A DNA stretch of 64,000 nt from Prorocentrum cordatum (Eukaryota), in contig CAUYUJ010000285.1 of NCBI GenBank assembly GCA_963575745.1, positions 1 to 64,000 of the forward strand. Reading direction: 5' to 3'. Numbering within the stretch: the stretch's first letter is position 1; each line of letters begins with the position of its first letter. A model generated the notes under the pieces. It made no database searches. It saw only the letters and a list, made by a program, of their open reading frames with translations, and was not told where the DNA came from. The position numbers and the translations under genes were made by a program. Positions 1-13,401 of this stretch are shown in pieces.

Positions 1-2251
1 TCTCGCCAAGACTGCCAAATCACTCTCTGATAAAGAAGGACGGTAGAACAAGACTGGAACAGGTAGTGACATAGAGGATACTATCTCTCAACAACACCTC
101 GCTTCCAGGCGCAATCAGAACGGTGGGCTACACATGCGGACAACCGCATCTACCGATATCTGGTGCGGGTACCGATCCAAGCGTTCAAGTGCGACCCTGC
201 TCCCACGAACCAGACTGGGCCTTGTGCATGATGCGCGAGAGAACAATTCTGCTGTAGAAGCAGACTGGGTTTGTTACGTGCTCTGCGTCCAGAACAGGAC
301 CGGGAAAACGACACCATATTGAACGCTTCGCACATTCACGATATTCAGAGACCATCCCAAACACGTAATTCGTCTAGACACTTATCTTGCGCTTACAATC
401 TGCAACACCAGAAACTGACACACGTGACCATTCAAGAAATTTGCACGAACACATTTTCGAAGATTATCATGCATGATCGCCTGCCTCGTGAAATCCAATT
501 AACTCCAACGGACAACCTTGGTGGGCCCAGGAGCGTGCGAAGGTGACAATCAGGAGGAAAGAGGAAGGGCAGCGGCTTAATGAGCAGGACGGAGACTGAT
601 GGCGAACACGCGCAACACTGAGGATGATGAGAACCCCCGAGGCGTCCAGTCCAACAGCCGTTCACCAAATTGATCAATGCGCAGCGCTTTTTTTGTTGGC
701 CTCCCGCGAAACAAGAACAACGACCAAATCTCTGGTCCTGGGATGCAAAGCACCTTCCCCCCCTGATCGCCCCTCACCCAGGCGCTCCCCCAAGCAGCAG
801 CAGCGCAACTGGCATATCACGACGACACGCAAACATACACATACACACGCACACACATACACACACCCACCCACACACACACGCGCACACACATATGCGC
901 ACAAACGCACACACACATGGGTACCCCCGCGCGCACGCGTTTCGGTTCTGGTGCGGGCCGAGACACACAGAGGCACACAGAGACACACTAAGACAATCAC
1001 ACACACACGCCAAGCTGCGTGTGCTGTGATGTGCTGTGATGTGCTGGTATGTGATGTGATGTGCGGCGGCGTGCTGTGTCGTGTTGTGGTGTGTCGTGTT
1101 GTGCTGTTGTGCTGTGGTGTGCTGCCACGCACACACGCACACGCGCGGCCGTGCTGCGCTGCGCATGTGATGTGATGTGGGGCACACATGCACACGGACG
1201 GCCCCCCGTGCCGTGCTGAGCTGTGATGTGTCTGTGTATGCGTACTCGCGGCCGATTTTCTAGGCTTTTTTGAATTTGGCTATCCTCCTATGTTTCCTCC
1301 CCTCCCCTTGTCGTTCTCGGCATCGTTGTCGTCGTCGTCGTCGTCGTCGTCGTTGTCGGCGTCGCCGTCTGTGGTCGTGGCCGCTGTCGTCCCTTGTCCG
1401 TCGTCGTGTTTTTCGCCGCCGTCGCCGTCGTCGCCGTCGTTGTCGTCTTCGTCGTCGTCGCCATCGTCGCCGTCAATGTCGACGTTCGTCGTCGGCGTCG
1501 TTGTCGGTATCGCCTGGGTCGTCGTCTGGGTCGTCGTCGTCGTCGTGGGCGGTCGTCGCCCTCTCGGGTGCGCCGGCACGGCCGCGTCACGGCCATGGTC
1601 CGGAGCGACGGCAGTGCCGTGGCCCATGACCCGCGCCACACGAGCGTTCGCTGCTTCCGTGCTTTCGTCCAGCCTTTCTCTGTCCCCCCCCCTTCCCCCG
1701 CCTCCCCTCCTATCCGTCCTTTTCTGTCTTCCCTTCTTCTGGCATGTCCCCCTCTCCTGCCTCCCCCTTCCTCCCCTCCCTCCCCCTCTTCCTTTTCAGG
1801 TGTGATGGCATGGCCGTGGCTGGTGGGCTTCATCTCTTCGTGGCCCCTCCCCCTTCCTCCCCTTTCACGCATGCACGCACGTGTGGCTCAAACGCGCTCT
1901 CTCACCCACCCGCGTTCCCACAGGCTATTGAAGCCTTGTGCGGACTCGCGCGGTGCAGGTGCCGCCCCATCGCGCCACCCGGGACGGGCTGGTCCACCCA
2001 CTAAAACCGACAGCGGCAACCACCGAGGTGGCGTGTGCTGCTCGCAAATCGTGTGAGTGTCGGTGTGCCCAGTGCCGGGAAGGGGCTGGTCCAGGCGGAT
2101 GGGTGCGACAAGAGCAGCGTGGACCGTGCACCACCCACGTGACTCCCCCTCAATCACTGCAGCCGGCGGCATTGCTTGCCGTGGCGTGCAGCCTGGTACG
2201 AGACGGTGCGAGGACACGGTGTCTCCGCTATGGGCGGGCAACGAACGAACG

Positions 2252-2298
<47 letters not shown>

Positions 2299-2928
2299 TC
2301 GCACACGCACACTCACAGACACACAACGACAACGACAACGACAACGTCAACGACAACGACAACGACAACGACAACAACAACATCACCAACAACACTAACA
2401 ACACCAACAAGACCAACAACACCAACACCAACACCAACACCAACACCAACACCAACACCAACACCAACACCAACACCAACACCAACACCAACACCAACAC
2501 CAACACCACCACCAACAACAACAACAACAACACCAACACCAACAATAACATCACCACCACCAACAACAACAGCAGCAACAACAACAATAACCGCACACAC
2601 GCACAAACACACACGCGCACACGCGCACACACGCGCACACACACACACACACACGCGCGTACCCCCGCGCGCGCGTACGTTTCGGTTCTGGCGCATGCCG
2701 AGGCGCTGTCACGAGACAGTGGATGTGTGCGCCGCACGTTGGTTTTCCATGACTTCCAGGGCGATGTCTTTCGGCCCCCGCTGCAGTGTCCTCCGACTCG
2801 GCGGCGCGCCGAGGGGGGCAGGCAGAGGGTGTGGGCGTTCCCGGCAGGCAGCGGGGCTGCGGAGAAGGCTTAGACAGCCTCTGAGGAGGCCAGAAGCTTC
2901 CTGTCGGGCGTTCGCAAGAATGGGTTTA

Positions 2929-3122
2929 TCGGGAGCGGCCAAGAGGGGGGTGTCTGTGAGGGGGGGGTGCAAATCATGATTGGCGGCACGTGCGCGGCCC
3001 AGCGGGGGGGGCATTTACGTAATGAAGTAAGAAGGGGCGCCATGGAATCTGGGGAAATATCATGGCCCCCGCCATGATATCCACCCCCCCCTAGTCATAA
3101 CCCCCCTCCTTTCCGCCCCCGA
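2929..3122 (+). mobile_element. TCGG...CCGA element, 5-bp TSD GTTTA
   Basis: GTTTA|TCGGGAGCGG...CCGCCCCCGA|GTTTA; homologous to 36122-36314. Confidence 0.85.
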
Positions 3123-3348
3123 GTTTAGTGGGACCTAGTTTGGTGATGTGTACCGGGGGACGCCCCCCCCCGCCCCGTTCCGCGAACCAGAACTGCCGTC
3201 ACCGGGAAAGCGCCAGCTGCGGCAGACCAGGTTGAGTGATTCTGCTTCGCATGTTGGGCTTCGGGGCCCCATCGCAATCTGGCTCCCCTTCGCCAGGGTC
3301 CTGGCTGTACCCGATCCTGAGCCTTCTGAGAAGGCCCGCCCCCTCCTG

Positions 3349-3512
3349 GGTAGTCGAAGCCAATCTGGCAGGCCCAGTCTGGCAAACGGGGGCAATCTGG
3401 CGAGGGAGCCAACGCGAATCCAGTCTGGCGAATAACCCAAATCATCCAGTTTGGCCGGGCCAGACTGGCCCGCGGGGTCCAATCCAATCTGACAGTCTGG
3501 CCTTCGACTACC
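3349..3512 (+). mobile_element. GGTAGTCGAAG-TIR element with CAATCTGGC subrepeats, copy 1
   Basis: TIR GGTAGTCGAAG/CTTCGACTACC; second copy at 16590; no clear TSD. Confidence 0.8.
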
Positions 3513-4596
3513 CAGCCAGCACCTGCGCCTCGCCGCCGAGGGGCCGCCGCCGCCGCCGGAGGGGGAGGAGGAGGAGGAGGAGGAGGAGGAGGAGGAGGAG
3601 GAGGAGGAGGATGAGGGGGAGGGGGAGAAAGAGGAGGAGGAGGAGGAGGAGGCGGAGGAGGATGAGGAGGGAGGAGGGAGGAGGAGGAGGAGGGGGAGGG
3701 GGAGGAGGAGGGGGGAGGAGGGGGAGGAGGAGGAGCCCCCTCCTCGGCGCTCCGAGCGCGGCAGGAGCGGCGCCTCGGGGCGCCGCCCGACGGTCGGGCC
3801 CAGGCTGGGATGGCATCCTTCGGGGGCATGAGGCCCTCCGCTGGCCGCAGCACACTGAGCGTTCCAGGATATCTTAGGGGAAAACAAACCTACCTCGCTT
3901 TTGACCACCCTCGCTTCCAAGAGATACCAAACGATGCCAAATTGCAGCCTGTACTGGTCAGGCCGCTTGACGAGAGAGGCGCGTGGTATGACTTGGTCTG
4001 GCCTGGAAGCGAAAGCGGGGTAGGTAATTCACGCTCTGGATATCCTCCCCCAGGATACTTTTTTGATTTGCGGCCCGCAAGGAGAAGTCCAGAGGGCGGC
4101 GTGAACGAGGCTGGGGCACAGCGCAAGATAATTAGCGCGAGAACGCTCCCCCAGGATACGCAAAGACATCCAACAAGAAAGAAGAACGTCAGGGCACCCT
4201 CCCGGAACCGGCCGCGAATTTCTACCTCGGTCCGACCAAATCTCCACACCGAAACGAGAATCCCTTGGCGCTTCCTGACGTTCGACATGCCTTTCTCTCT
4301 GATCCGTTCCTGCTGCCCCTCCCACCTCTAATGAACCTACCATCCTTTTCCCTTGGTTTGTCACGCACCCCACCGTTTTCACATATTGTTTCGTCGCTTC
4401 ACTGACTCAGCGCTGATCGTGAATCGCAGCGGCTGTCATGAATCCACCAACGCCACAACTTTCCGTCTAGCGCGAGACACGAGCAAAACGGATCGGCAAC
4501 AAAGATCGCACGTACGTAACACGTTTCAGATGCTGGCGCCGACAGGTCGGTATAGTTCGAGCTTGCATGATTGTTGCAGGTTGGAGACTGGGCGGC

Positions 4597-4716
4597 CTCT
4601 TGTCCAGCTGGGCCAGGACAGCCCGAATCCTCTTGCTCTTGATCTGCGAGAAGCTCTTACCGCCAACCGCCCGAACCACGAAGAAGGAGAACGTGACGCT
4701 GGTGATCGCGGCAAAC
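4597..4716 (-). CDS. Exon of DedA/VTT protein: (W)FAAITSVTFSFFVVRAVGGKSFSQIKSKRIRAVLAQLDK(R)
   Basis: gacag|G acceptor completes the TGG codon, AG|GC donor. Matches the family 'F.xxR.xG' motif. No downstream exons recognised in the window; they probably lie left of base 1. Confidence 0.85.
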
Positions 4717-5416
4717 CTGTCCACGAACAAACGAGTAAATGACGCGGTCCAATGCAGGCAGAGATGAGTGTGATCGCTGCGATCAGAGAACAATGGGCAC
4801 GCACACGACCGCACGAGCACAAGAGCTTGTGCCTGGCGGCTCGGAGGTTCCGGCCGGCCATCGAAAAGAACGATTTGCCAGACCTGTGCACAGCTCTTCT
4901 GCGCATGAGCGTCGAACTACCCAGCCTCATCTCCCCGATCGAACATTCGTGAAGACTTGCCGGGTCATTCGACACATGGCAATTCGTCCTCAGGGCAGCT
5001 GCTGACGGCAGACGACGACGCCTGGATGAGTGAAACTGGATAACATCATGGTGAGTGAAGCTAGATCGGGTTCCTGGGATCACCTGGTGCGCACGGCCCC
5101 TGCAGTGTGCAAAGGGATGTGCACGTTATCTCAACCGATTCGGCCAGACACGACGCTGACCAGATACAGGGCCGCGTGAAAATCTTGAAACCATGATGCA
5201 CCAGAGAACCAATGTGGTGGATGTGTGCCCAATACCCCGACTTGCTAATCGATGGACCCCTGATGTTCAAAAAGCTTGAAGAACCCGCAACCTTGGGGGT
5301 CCAAGCCGCCCCCGTTGGATATCAGAAGCTTGGAGAACGTGGCAACCAACGAAGCATGGGAGGGTCAACGGTTGCGAGAATCCTGAGCTGCCGATGATCA
5401 CGTCTGAGGCGCGGAC

Positions 5417-5488
5417 CATCCCACCAAGAAGCCGACGGCCTTGCCATAAATCATGATGCAAGCGCCGTAGACGACCCAACCGTCCCCC
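5417..5488 (-). CDS. Exon of DedA/VTT protein: (GD)GWVVYGACIMIYGKAVGFLVG(W)
   Basis: Resembles the VTT 'G..FG...G....' helix. TG|GT donor (phase 2) fits the next exon. The 5' boundary is ambiguous (5488 after AG, or 5481 after AC). Confidence 0.82.
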
Positions 5489-5613
5489 CTCCCTGGGAGA
5501 CCAGCGGCGGATGCAACCACGCTTGCTGCCACGTCCCTCCCCTCTCTGTCGGTCTCTCCTTTTCCAACTCATCGGTATGTTTATCATTGTCATTCCTCCT
5601 CGTCCTCCTCATC

Positions 5614-5782
5614 TACACCCTGCGAAATGCTTAAGAAATCATGGGTTAAGAAATTCATAGTCTCAGAACTTGAATAAAAACCCAACATGTCTACTAAAAT
5701 CTTCAGATTTACATCGAAACGTTAAGAATAATCGAGACTCTGGCCGAAAACTTGGGTTTTCTTAAGCATCGCCTAAGGTGTA
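5614..5782 (+). mobile_element. TA-flanked ~165-bp MITE family A, copy 1 (Tc1/mariner-like)
   Basis: TA-CACCCTGCGAAATGCTTAAGAAA ... TTTCTTAAGCATCGCCTAAGGTG-TA, imperfect TIR. Five copies in the window. Confidence 0.85.
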
Positions 5783-6036
5783 CTCATCGTACGACTCATA
5801 GTCGCTCTACTTCGACTCCCTTCCTGTCAGAAGTGGTCGGGCCGCGACGTCTCATCGCATCTCGCTCTCTCCCCATGGACAAAGGGGGCGGCCGAGCACG
5901 GCGAAGCATCCGCAGGGACGCGAGGACAAAACAAACAGCAGACGATCAAAAGCGAAACCTGCGCGCCGTTCACACAATAAACGAATCACTCGTGACAGAG
6001 TTCCGCCACACGTGTCCGTAATTCTACGGGCAAGGG

Positions 6037-6235
6037 TCGGCGGCGAGCGAGGGGGGGAAGTGAGAAGGAGAAGGCCCTTTCAGAAGGCGGCGGGACTTCT
6101 CAGAAGGCCTGCGGCCTTCTGAGAGGTCTCCTGCGTCTTCGGGGAAGGCCAAGAGAACTTCTCAGGAGGCTGGGGGACTTCCGAAGCTTGTGAAAATGCC
6201 CGCCCCTTCTCACTCCCCCCCGGGCTCGCCGCCGA
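6037..6235. mobile_element. TCGGCGGCGAGC-TIR element, TSD AAGGG
   Basis: 12-bp perfect TIR with internal CTTCTCAGAAG-type palindromes. Inverse copy at 52322. Confidence 0.85.
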
Positions 6236-7389
6236 AAGGGGGGGCCAGGGCTGACGAATGGGGGCACAAGGAGGGAGGAGAGGAAGCAGGGGAGGGGACG
6301 TCCTGACCGGGACGGGAGGTGCAAGGCTGGGCAACGCCAAGGGGGGTCGCCACTACAGACATGTCTGTAGGGGGGTCTCCACTTCCGCAAGGAAGCACCG
6401 TCTCCTCGAGACAGTGGGCCCACAAGAATTCTCCAACGTCTTCAAAGCGGCCCAGTCGTGACCCCCCATGACACTACCCGACAGGGGTGTTGGCAGGGGG
6501 GAGGCGGAGATGGGGCTGACCGCTGACGAATGGGGGCGCAAAGGGGAAGCAGACAGGGGGCGAAGGGAGATCCTGGTGGCGGCGGGGGGCAGGGAGGTGG
6601 GAAGGGGGGATCCTTCAAGCTGGAACGATCGCTGCTTTCGAACGCGTTCCCCATGGTGGGGCTAGTGCCCTGGCCGGTCGGCGAGGAGGAGTAAGTAGCC
6701 CAGTGTAAACCCAAGAGTCATCAACGATGTTGGAATAAACCCTCCCTCCAAGCTCCCTCTTCATAGACCCCTAGATGGGCTTATTTCCATTGAAGGAACT
6801 GCCCCTTTGGAAGACAACTGTTCGAAGAACCTGAAGCATGCCAAAGCATTGTTCTCGGGATTGCAACGCCACGGATCCACCTGACTGTTGCGTCTTGACA
6901 ATCCAGAATTGTGCCAGAACACCATTCCTGGGACTTCAACACAGCGAACCAAAATGACTGTTGCACCCGCATAATCCTGAATCCGTTCAGAAGCCCATTT
7001 CTGACGCGTTGATGATGGGAATCCGTGAAACTCTTGCAACTTCTTAAAACGAATGTGCGCCGCGCCAAAGCGAGAACAACATTTTGAAAAAGATTCGCCC
7101 TCAATCCGTAAAACTCTTGCACATTCTTAAAAAGAATGTGCGCCGCGCTAAGGCGAGAACCACATTTTGAAAACCACCCGCCCTCAATCCGAGAAGCTCT
7201 TGCAAATGTTTAAAACGAATGTGAGCCGCGCTAAAGCGAGAGCCACATTTTGAAAACGACCCGCCCACCATCTGTGAAGCTGTTGCCAATTCGAGCTTCA
7301 AAATCATAAACGGTGAGGAAGACTCAGGCGAAACAGGGAGAAGTTATTTATAAGGAAAAAGAATTGAAGGTCCTTCAATCAACGACCTC

Positions 7390-8476
7390 TCGGTTCCCGG
7401 TTCCCCGTTCCCAATTCCCGGCTCCAAATTCCCAGCGCGCTCCTGGTTCCTGGCTCCTGGTTGCCAACTCCTGGTTCCCGGTTCCTGCATCCTGCATGGT
7501 TCCCGGTTCTGGGTTCCCGGTTCTGGGGTTCCTGCGGTTAACCGGTTCCGACTTCTCGGTCCTGGTTTCTCACTCTCTCTCTCTCTCTCTTTCTCTCTTC
7601 TCTCTTTCTTCCTCTCTCTCTCTCTCCTCCTCTCAATACTATCGTTTTCTTTGGGTCTCTGACTTTTGTTCTCTCCCTCTCTATCACAATAAATATTTCT
7701 ATATACGTTAATAGAACGGACATATCTCGTAGGCATGTGTACTTATGGGCCACGCTCTCTTACCCTCTCTCTCGCTGTGACTCCCTCCCCTCTCTCTCTC
7801 TGCGTTATGTCTCCCTCTCTCTACATCTCATTACATGCGTCTTTCGAACTATCCCTATGTGTACATTTCTTTGAGACGACGTACATGTACATAATCATAG
7901 CTATATGCATATACAGCTTCACATATGTTGACATATACATGCATGTGTATACATGTATCGATCTCTCTCGTTTCCGTGCATACACACATATTCCCCAACC
8001 AGAGTCTGCCTCTGTAGGGGTCCTAGCGGATTCATATGGTTAGGTGAGGTGGGTCGCCGATTTCGGTGGCCCGTCTGGGTGCCCGGGTGCCCTGGGGTGC
8101 CCGGGGTGCCCGGAAATACCAGGGGGTGCCCGGAGGGTGCCTGGGGGTGCCCAGGTGCCTAGGTGCCCGGGTGCTCTATCGCCCTATCGCCCTATTGCCC
8201 TATAGCCCTATAGCCCCAACGGCCCTACAGCCCTATAGCCCAATAGCCCTCTAGCCCTATAGCCATTTAGCCCTTTAGCCCTTTAGCACTATAGCCCTAT
8301 AGCTCATAGGCCTATAGCCCTGTAGCCCTGTAGCCCTATAGCCCTATAGCCCGTATAGCCCTATAGCCCTATAGCCCGTACAGCCCTATAGCCCTACAGC
8401 CCTATAGCCCTGTAGCCTTATTGCCCAATAGCCCAATAACCCTGTAGCCCTATGGCCGTATAGCCCAATAGCCCTA
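7390..8476 (+). repeat. Short-period minisatellites: CCGGTTC (7390-7570), GGGTGCCC (8075-8175), GCCCTATA (8176-8476)
   Basis: Direct inspection. Confidence 0.9.
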
Positions 8477-9076
8477 AACCAATTATGATTGGGGCTGTTA
8501 TCTGGTATCAACTATACACATTATATAGAAGCGCGTATGATTGGTGCCTCCATCTATCTCTTTTCGTTCTCTCTCTCTCTCTCTTTTCCTGTATCTAGCT
8601 ATACGGCGTTATATAGATACATTACATTCGTTTTTTGTGATGTCTCTGTCTCTATATATGACTATCCTTCGTTCTCCCTCTCCCACTTTCAAATTCCACA
8701 AAACAACAAAAATTCATCAAACAAATTCAAAACACAAACAAATCAATTCAAAAAACAAATCAATCCACAAACACAACAAAACAAAAACAAATTTCAAAAA
8801 AAACAAAAAAACAAAATCAAAAAAATTCAATCAAAAACACAATTCAAATCAAAACAACACAAAACAAATCAACACAAAAGACAAAAAAAAAACAAAACAA
8901 TCATAAACAAAAATTTTTCACAAATTGTCGGGTAAATCAATTCAAATTCCCACCGGGCAAAAAAATTTCAAATCAACAAATTTCCATCACATCAAAACCA
9001 AAAACACAATTCCCATCACACAACATTCAACCAAAAAACAAAATCACAAAAATTTTCAAACAAACAATTAACAACA

Positions 9077-9282
9077 CAAGGGGACGTAAGACCTGGGGTA
9101 CAGGGGACTCGGAAATCCCCGACGAGGTCGTTAAAAAAATGACGAGGCCGAGCCTTCATTTTGACGAGGCCTCCCGCTGCAGACATCCCACGAAACTCCT
9201 CCTCGTCAAAATCCGAGGCGCGGTCGTCAAAAAACGATGGCGAACCCGAGTCCTGGCAAACCCGGGTCTTACGCTCCCCCGA
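9077..9282 (+). mobile_element. ~206-bp element family B, copy 1 (left end degraded)
   Basis: Near-identical to 10705 and 30623; ends GTCTTACGCTCCCCCGA. Confidence 0.85.
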
Positions 9283-9753
9283 CAATTCCTGAACACATGT
9301 CCCAGGTCCTGCGTTCCCAGGATCCTTGTCCGCAGCTTCCCGGCTCCTGGTTTTTTTCTTTTTTTTCTTTTTTGTTTTTTTTTCTTTTTTTTTTGTTTTT
9401 TTTGTTTTCGTTTTTTTCTTTGTTTTTTTTTTTTTTCTTTTTTTTTTTTTTTCTTCCCCTTCCTCGTGCTCCGTCCTCGCCGCTTCCTCCCCTCCGGTTT
9501 CCCGGTTTCCTGGCTCCCGGCTCCCGGGTCCCGGCTCCCGGTTCCCCGATCTTTTGCTTCCCTTCACTATTGCTCCATACAGCAGGAGGACGAGGAGGAG
9601 GAGGAGGAGGAGGAGGAGGTGGAGGAGGAGGAGGAGGAACTTCCCTTCGCTATTGCTCCATATATGAAGGGGAACTGGGACACACAAATAAATACACACC
9701 AATTAAAAAGATTCCCCCTATGTTCTGGGTTCTCGTCTTCCGCCCCACTTCCA

Positions 9754-9975
9754 TAGAGGCCTCCTAGATGGGGTCCGAGTAGATGGGGTCGAAGGATCGC
9801 GCCGCATCGCCAATGCATCCCGATGCATCGGCGATGCATCGGCGACGTCGGCGATGCATCGGCGACATCTGCGTGTGGAAAAACGGTCTCCGCATCGAGC
9901 CGCATCGTCGATGCATCGGCGATACGGCGCGATCCACCGACCCCATCTACTCCGACCCCATTTGGGAGGCCTAGA
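9754..9975. mobile_element. Fold-back element, TSD TTCCA, nested in a degraded copy (~9665-10044) of the 35502 family
   Basis: Long imperfect inverted arms (AGATGGGGTC repeats vs GACCCCATCT) and a GATGCATC-rich core. Confidence 0.8.
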
Positions 9976-10351
9976 TTCCAATATTTTTCCCATATCTTCT
10001 GGGAATCGCCGGTGAATTGTGTCTGTGTGTTTTGCCCCTCCTGGAAATCGTGGGAGGAGGATCCACGAGAAGGGAGAGGGGGGAGAGGGGGCGGACGGCG
10101 GACGGCGCTCCTCCTCCTCCTCCTCCTCCTCCTCCCCCTCCTCGTCCTCCTCCTCCTCCTCCTCCTCCTCGTCCTCCTCCTCCTCCTCCTCCTCCTCCTC
10201 CTCGTCCTCCTCGTCCTCCTCGTCCTCCTCCTCCTCCTCGTCCTCCTCGTCCTCCTCCTCCTCCTCCTCCTCCTCGTCCTCCTCGTCCTCCTCGTCCTCC
10301 TCGTCCTCGTGGGGGGGCGGCGGAGGGGCCCCGAGCCCTCGGGACGCACGC

Positions 10352-10426
10352 GGGGACGTGCACCAGCTCCCCGAGCGACATCACCGCCGCCACCACCAGG
10401 CAGCCGAAGACTCCGGCCCCTCGCAC
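10352..10426 (-). CDS. Exon of DedA/VTT protein: VRGAGVFGCLVVAAVMSLGELVHVP
   Basis: ccag|GTG acceptor and high GC3. Resembles the 'GxxGxxxFxxxxxxxxxxxxPG' segment of the VTT family. Donor is either GC (exon ends 10352) or GT (ends 10350). Confidence 0.85.
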
Positions 10427-10434
10427 CTGGCGCG

Positions 10435-10625
10435 AGCATTCCAGGGGAGAGGACCGAGGAGGAGGATCGAGGGAGAGGATCGAGGGAGAGGATCGAGGGA
10501 GAGGTGCGAGCATTCCAGGGGAGAGGATCGAGGAGGAGGATCGAGGGAGAGGATCGAGGGAGAGGATCGAGGGAGAGGTGCGAGCATTCCAGGGGAGAGG
10601 ATCGCGGGAGCGGATCGCGGGAGCG
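10435..10625 (+). repeat. GGATCGAGGGAGA 13-mer array with a higher-order GCGAGCATTCCAGGGGAGA repeat
   Basis: Direct inspection; abuts the acceptor of exon 10426. Confidence 0.85.
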
Positions 10626-10704
10626 GGGGCGCCCGACTCTGCGCATGGCGCCCCGCCGTGCGCGAGCCGCTCCCTTTCGGGTGTTCACCAACGGGGAGGC
10701 AGTA

Positions 10705-10910
10705 TCGGGGAGACGTAAGACCCGGGTACGGGGGACTCGGAAATCCCCGACGAGGCGTCAAAAAAAATGACGAGGCCGAGCCTGCATTTTGACGAGGCCT
10801 CCCGCTGCAGACATCCCACGAAACTCCTCCTCGTCAAAATCCGAGGCGCGGTCGTCAAAAAACGATGGCGAACCCGAGTCCCGGCAAACCCGGGTCTTAC
10901 GCTCCCCCGA
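10705..10910 (+). mobile_element. Family B, copy 2, TSD CAGTA
   Basis: CAGTA|TCGGGGAGACGTAAGACCCGGGT...ACCCGGGTCTTACGCTCCCCCGA|CAGTA. Confidence 0.9.
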
Positions 10911-11661
10911 CAGTAGCATGCGGGGTGAAGAGGCGTGAAGGAACGATAGGCAATAGAAGGACCCCTAACCGTTTGGGAGGGGACCCAAGTGAGGAGGGGC
11001 AACGACAGCAGGGCTAGGAGGTCTTTTCGGCAGATGTATCAAACGAGCCCGCCGAGATGTAGTACCCCTAGTGCATAGAAGGGCACCTGTGTGAACGTCA
11101 CCGATGTTATCAGGGTTCGGGGTTCTTTGTCCTCGGTGAAGGAGCGTGCACCTTGAGTGCACCTTCGGGTCCGCGGTGGCAGCCTGGAAGCCATGCAGGG
11201 GCTCCCTAGGACCCCACTCCTGCAACCCTAGATCCCCTCACGTCGAACCGCTGCGGGTCTTTAGCATATAAAACAATTAATGGGACACTATTCTTCTCAA
11301 CCCCCTGTGTTTTGGTTGGGCCACTTTTTCAGTCGACAGCGCCGCACGTCTCCTCCTCTCATCTCCTCTCCTCCTTCCCCTCCTTCCTCCTCTCTCCTCT
11401 TCCTCCTCCTCCTTGTCATCGGCATCATCCTCATCATCGTCGTCGGCATCATCGCCTTCATACTCGTTACTACTATAACGCATCCTCATCACAACTAGCA
11501 TCATCATCATCCTCATCACTATCATTATCCATGTCATCGTCACCATCATCATCGTCATCATCATCATCACCACCAAGATGATCATCATCACCACCACAAT
11601 CATCACAACTGTCGTAATCATTCGTATCAACATCGCGATCATGATCATGATCATCATCATC

Positions 11662-13271
11662 GAAAGAGCGTGATCCACCGCCGCTTTACTGTGGAAGGTT
11701 GCCGCCCTTTTTCTCCGGAGCCCGGGGTTCCTCCCCCCCCTCTCCGAAAATCCCCCCTCCCCCCTGCTGGAACCCCGCCCCCCCTCCCGCCCCCGGCAAA
11801 ACCACCCCCTCCCCTACACCCCTCCCCCCCCCCCCTCTCGTGTCTCCCTCAGAAAATCCGGGGGGGTGGGTCCCCCCCCCGGGTTTCGAACACCCCCCCC
11901 CCCACCCGTCCCCCTCGAAAGCCGGGGGGGGTCACTACCGGTTCGAACCCCCCCCCCCCTCGAAAACCGAAGGGGGGTCACTACCGGTCCACTGTTGTTC
12001 CCAGCGCCACTGTCCTCACCACCACTGTCCCCGCTGGTTCCACCACCGTCCCTACTGTCCCCACCAGTGCCCCCACCACTGTCGCACTGTCCCCACTGTC
12101 CCCACCGCTGTTCCCACCATGGTTCCACTCTCCCCACTTTCTCCACGGCCCCAACCACTGCCCGACTATCCCCACTGTCCCCACTGTCCCACTGACCCTT
12201 CCGCTGTCCCACTGAGCTGTCCCACTGTTCCCACCACTGTCCCCACTGTCCCCGCCACTGTCCCCACTGTACCTCTGTCCCATTGTCCCACCGCCGTCTG
12301 TAAAAAAAACAATACACAGTGGCCGTTTTTCTTCTCAACATCGTCTTTCTTGTCGTCGACGATGCGAAAAACGCTGCAGGAATGGGACGCGGCGCGCATC
12401 GCGCGCGGCAGTCAATCTGGGCCCGCCCATCCTGACTGTACAAAATCAATACAAAGCCTTCGCTTTTTCATCTCAGCATGGCCTGCCTTGTCGCCGACGG
12501 TGCGAAATATGTGGCGGCAGTGGGACGCGGCGCACATATGGGACGCGGTGCACATCGCGCGCGCGGCCGTCGATCCGGGCCCGCCCATCCTGACTGTAAA
12601 AAATCAATACAAAGTCTCCGTTTTTTCCTCTCAAATTGCCTCCCTTGTCGCCGACGGTGCGAAATATGTGTCAGGAATGGGACGCGGCGCACATCGCGCG
12701 CGGACGTCCATGCGGGCTGCGGGCCCTCCCATCCTGATTGTAAAAAACAATACCGAATTGCCGTTTTTCCTTTCATCATGGCCTGTCTTGTCCTCGACGA
12801 TGCGAAATGCGTGGCAGGAACGAGGCGCGGCGCACAGCGCGCGCGGACTTCTGGGGCAACCCCAAGGTGGGAGGGGCCACCTTACTTGTCAGAAACAATG
12901 CCATGCTGATTTTCCTTGCCCACATAGCTGTTCTTGTCGTCCACCACGCAAAAGTGCATGGCAAAAATTGGGCGCGGCACACCCCCCTTACCCCCCCGCT
13001 CGAAGTGAATGAAATGACCTTCCCGCTTGGGCGCCGAGCGACATTTTCTCAAAGTTGCGCTCCCGCTTTGGCTCGGCGCACGTTTCTAGCTCGCCAATTC
13101 ATTGGGCGCCGGGGCGTTCCAGGAGGTCCTGGGGTGACGAATGCCTGGGAGGTTCTTGCTTGTTCAGGCTTTTGGAGGGCCTCGAGAGGCTCCCCGCGGT
13201 TTCTTGGCGGCGTCTTCGGCCGTCTGGAGGCCGTCTTGGGCGTCTTGGTGCGATCTTTCGGCGACTCAGGG

Positions 13272-13349
<78 letters not shown>

Positions 13350-13359
13350 ATCTACTAAT

Positions 13360-13401
<42 letters not shown>

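Noticed and set aside
1..560. Degenerate retroelement 3' end
   Set aside because: Unique-looking sequence, but no RT, RNase H or zinc-knuckle motif could be read.
8695..9455. A/C-rich and T-rich tracts as poly(A) tail or inverted repeat
   Set aside because: They look like low-quality long-read sequence, and they garble the left end of the adjacent family B copy.
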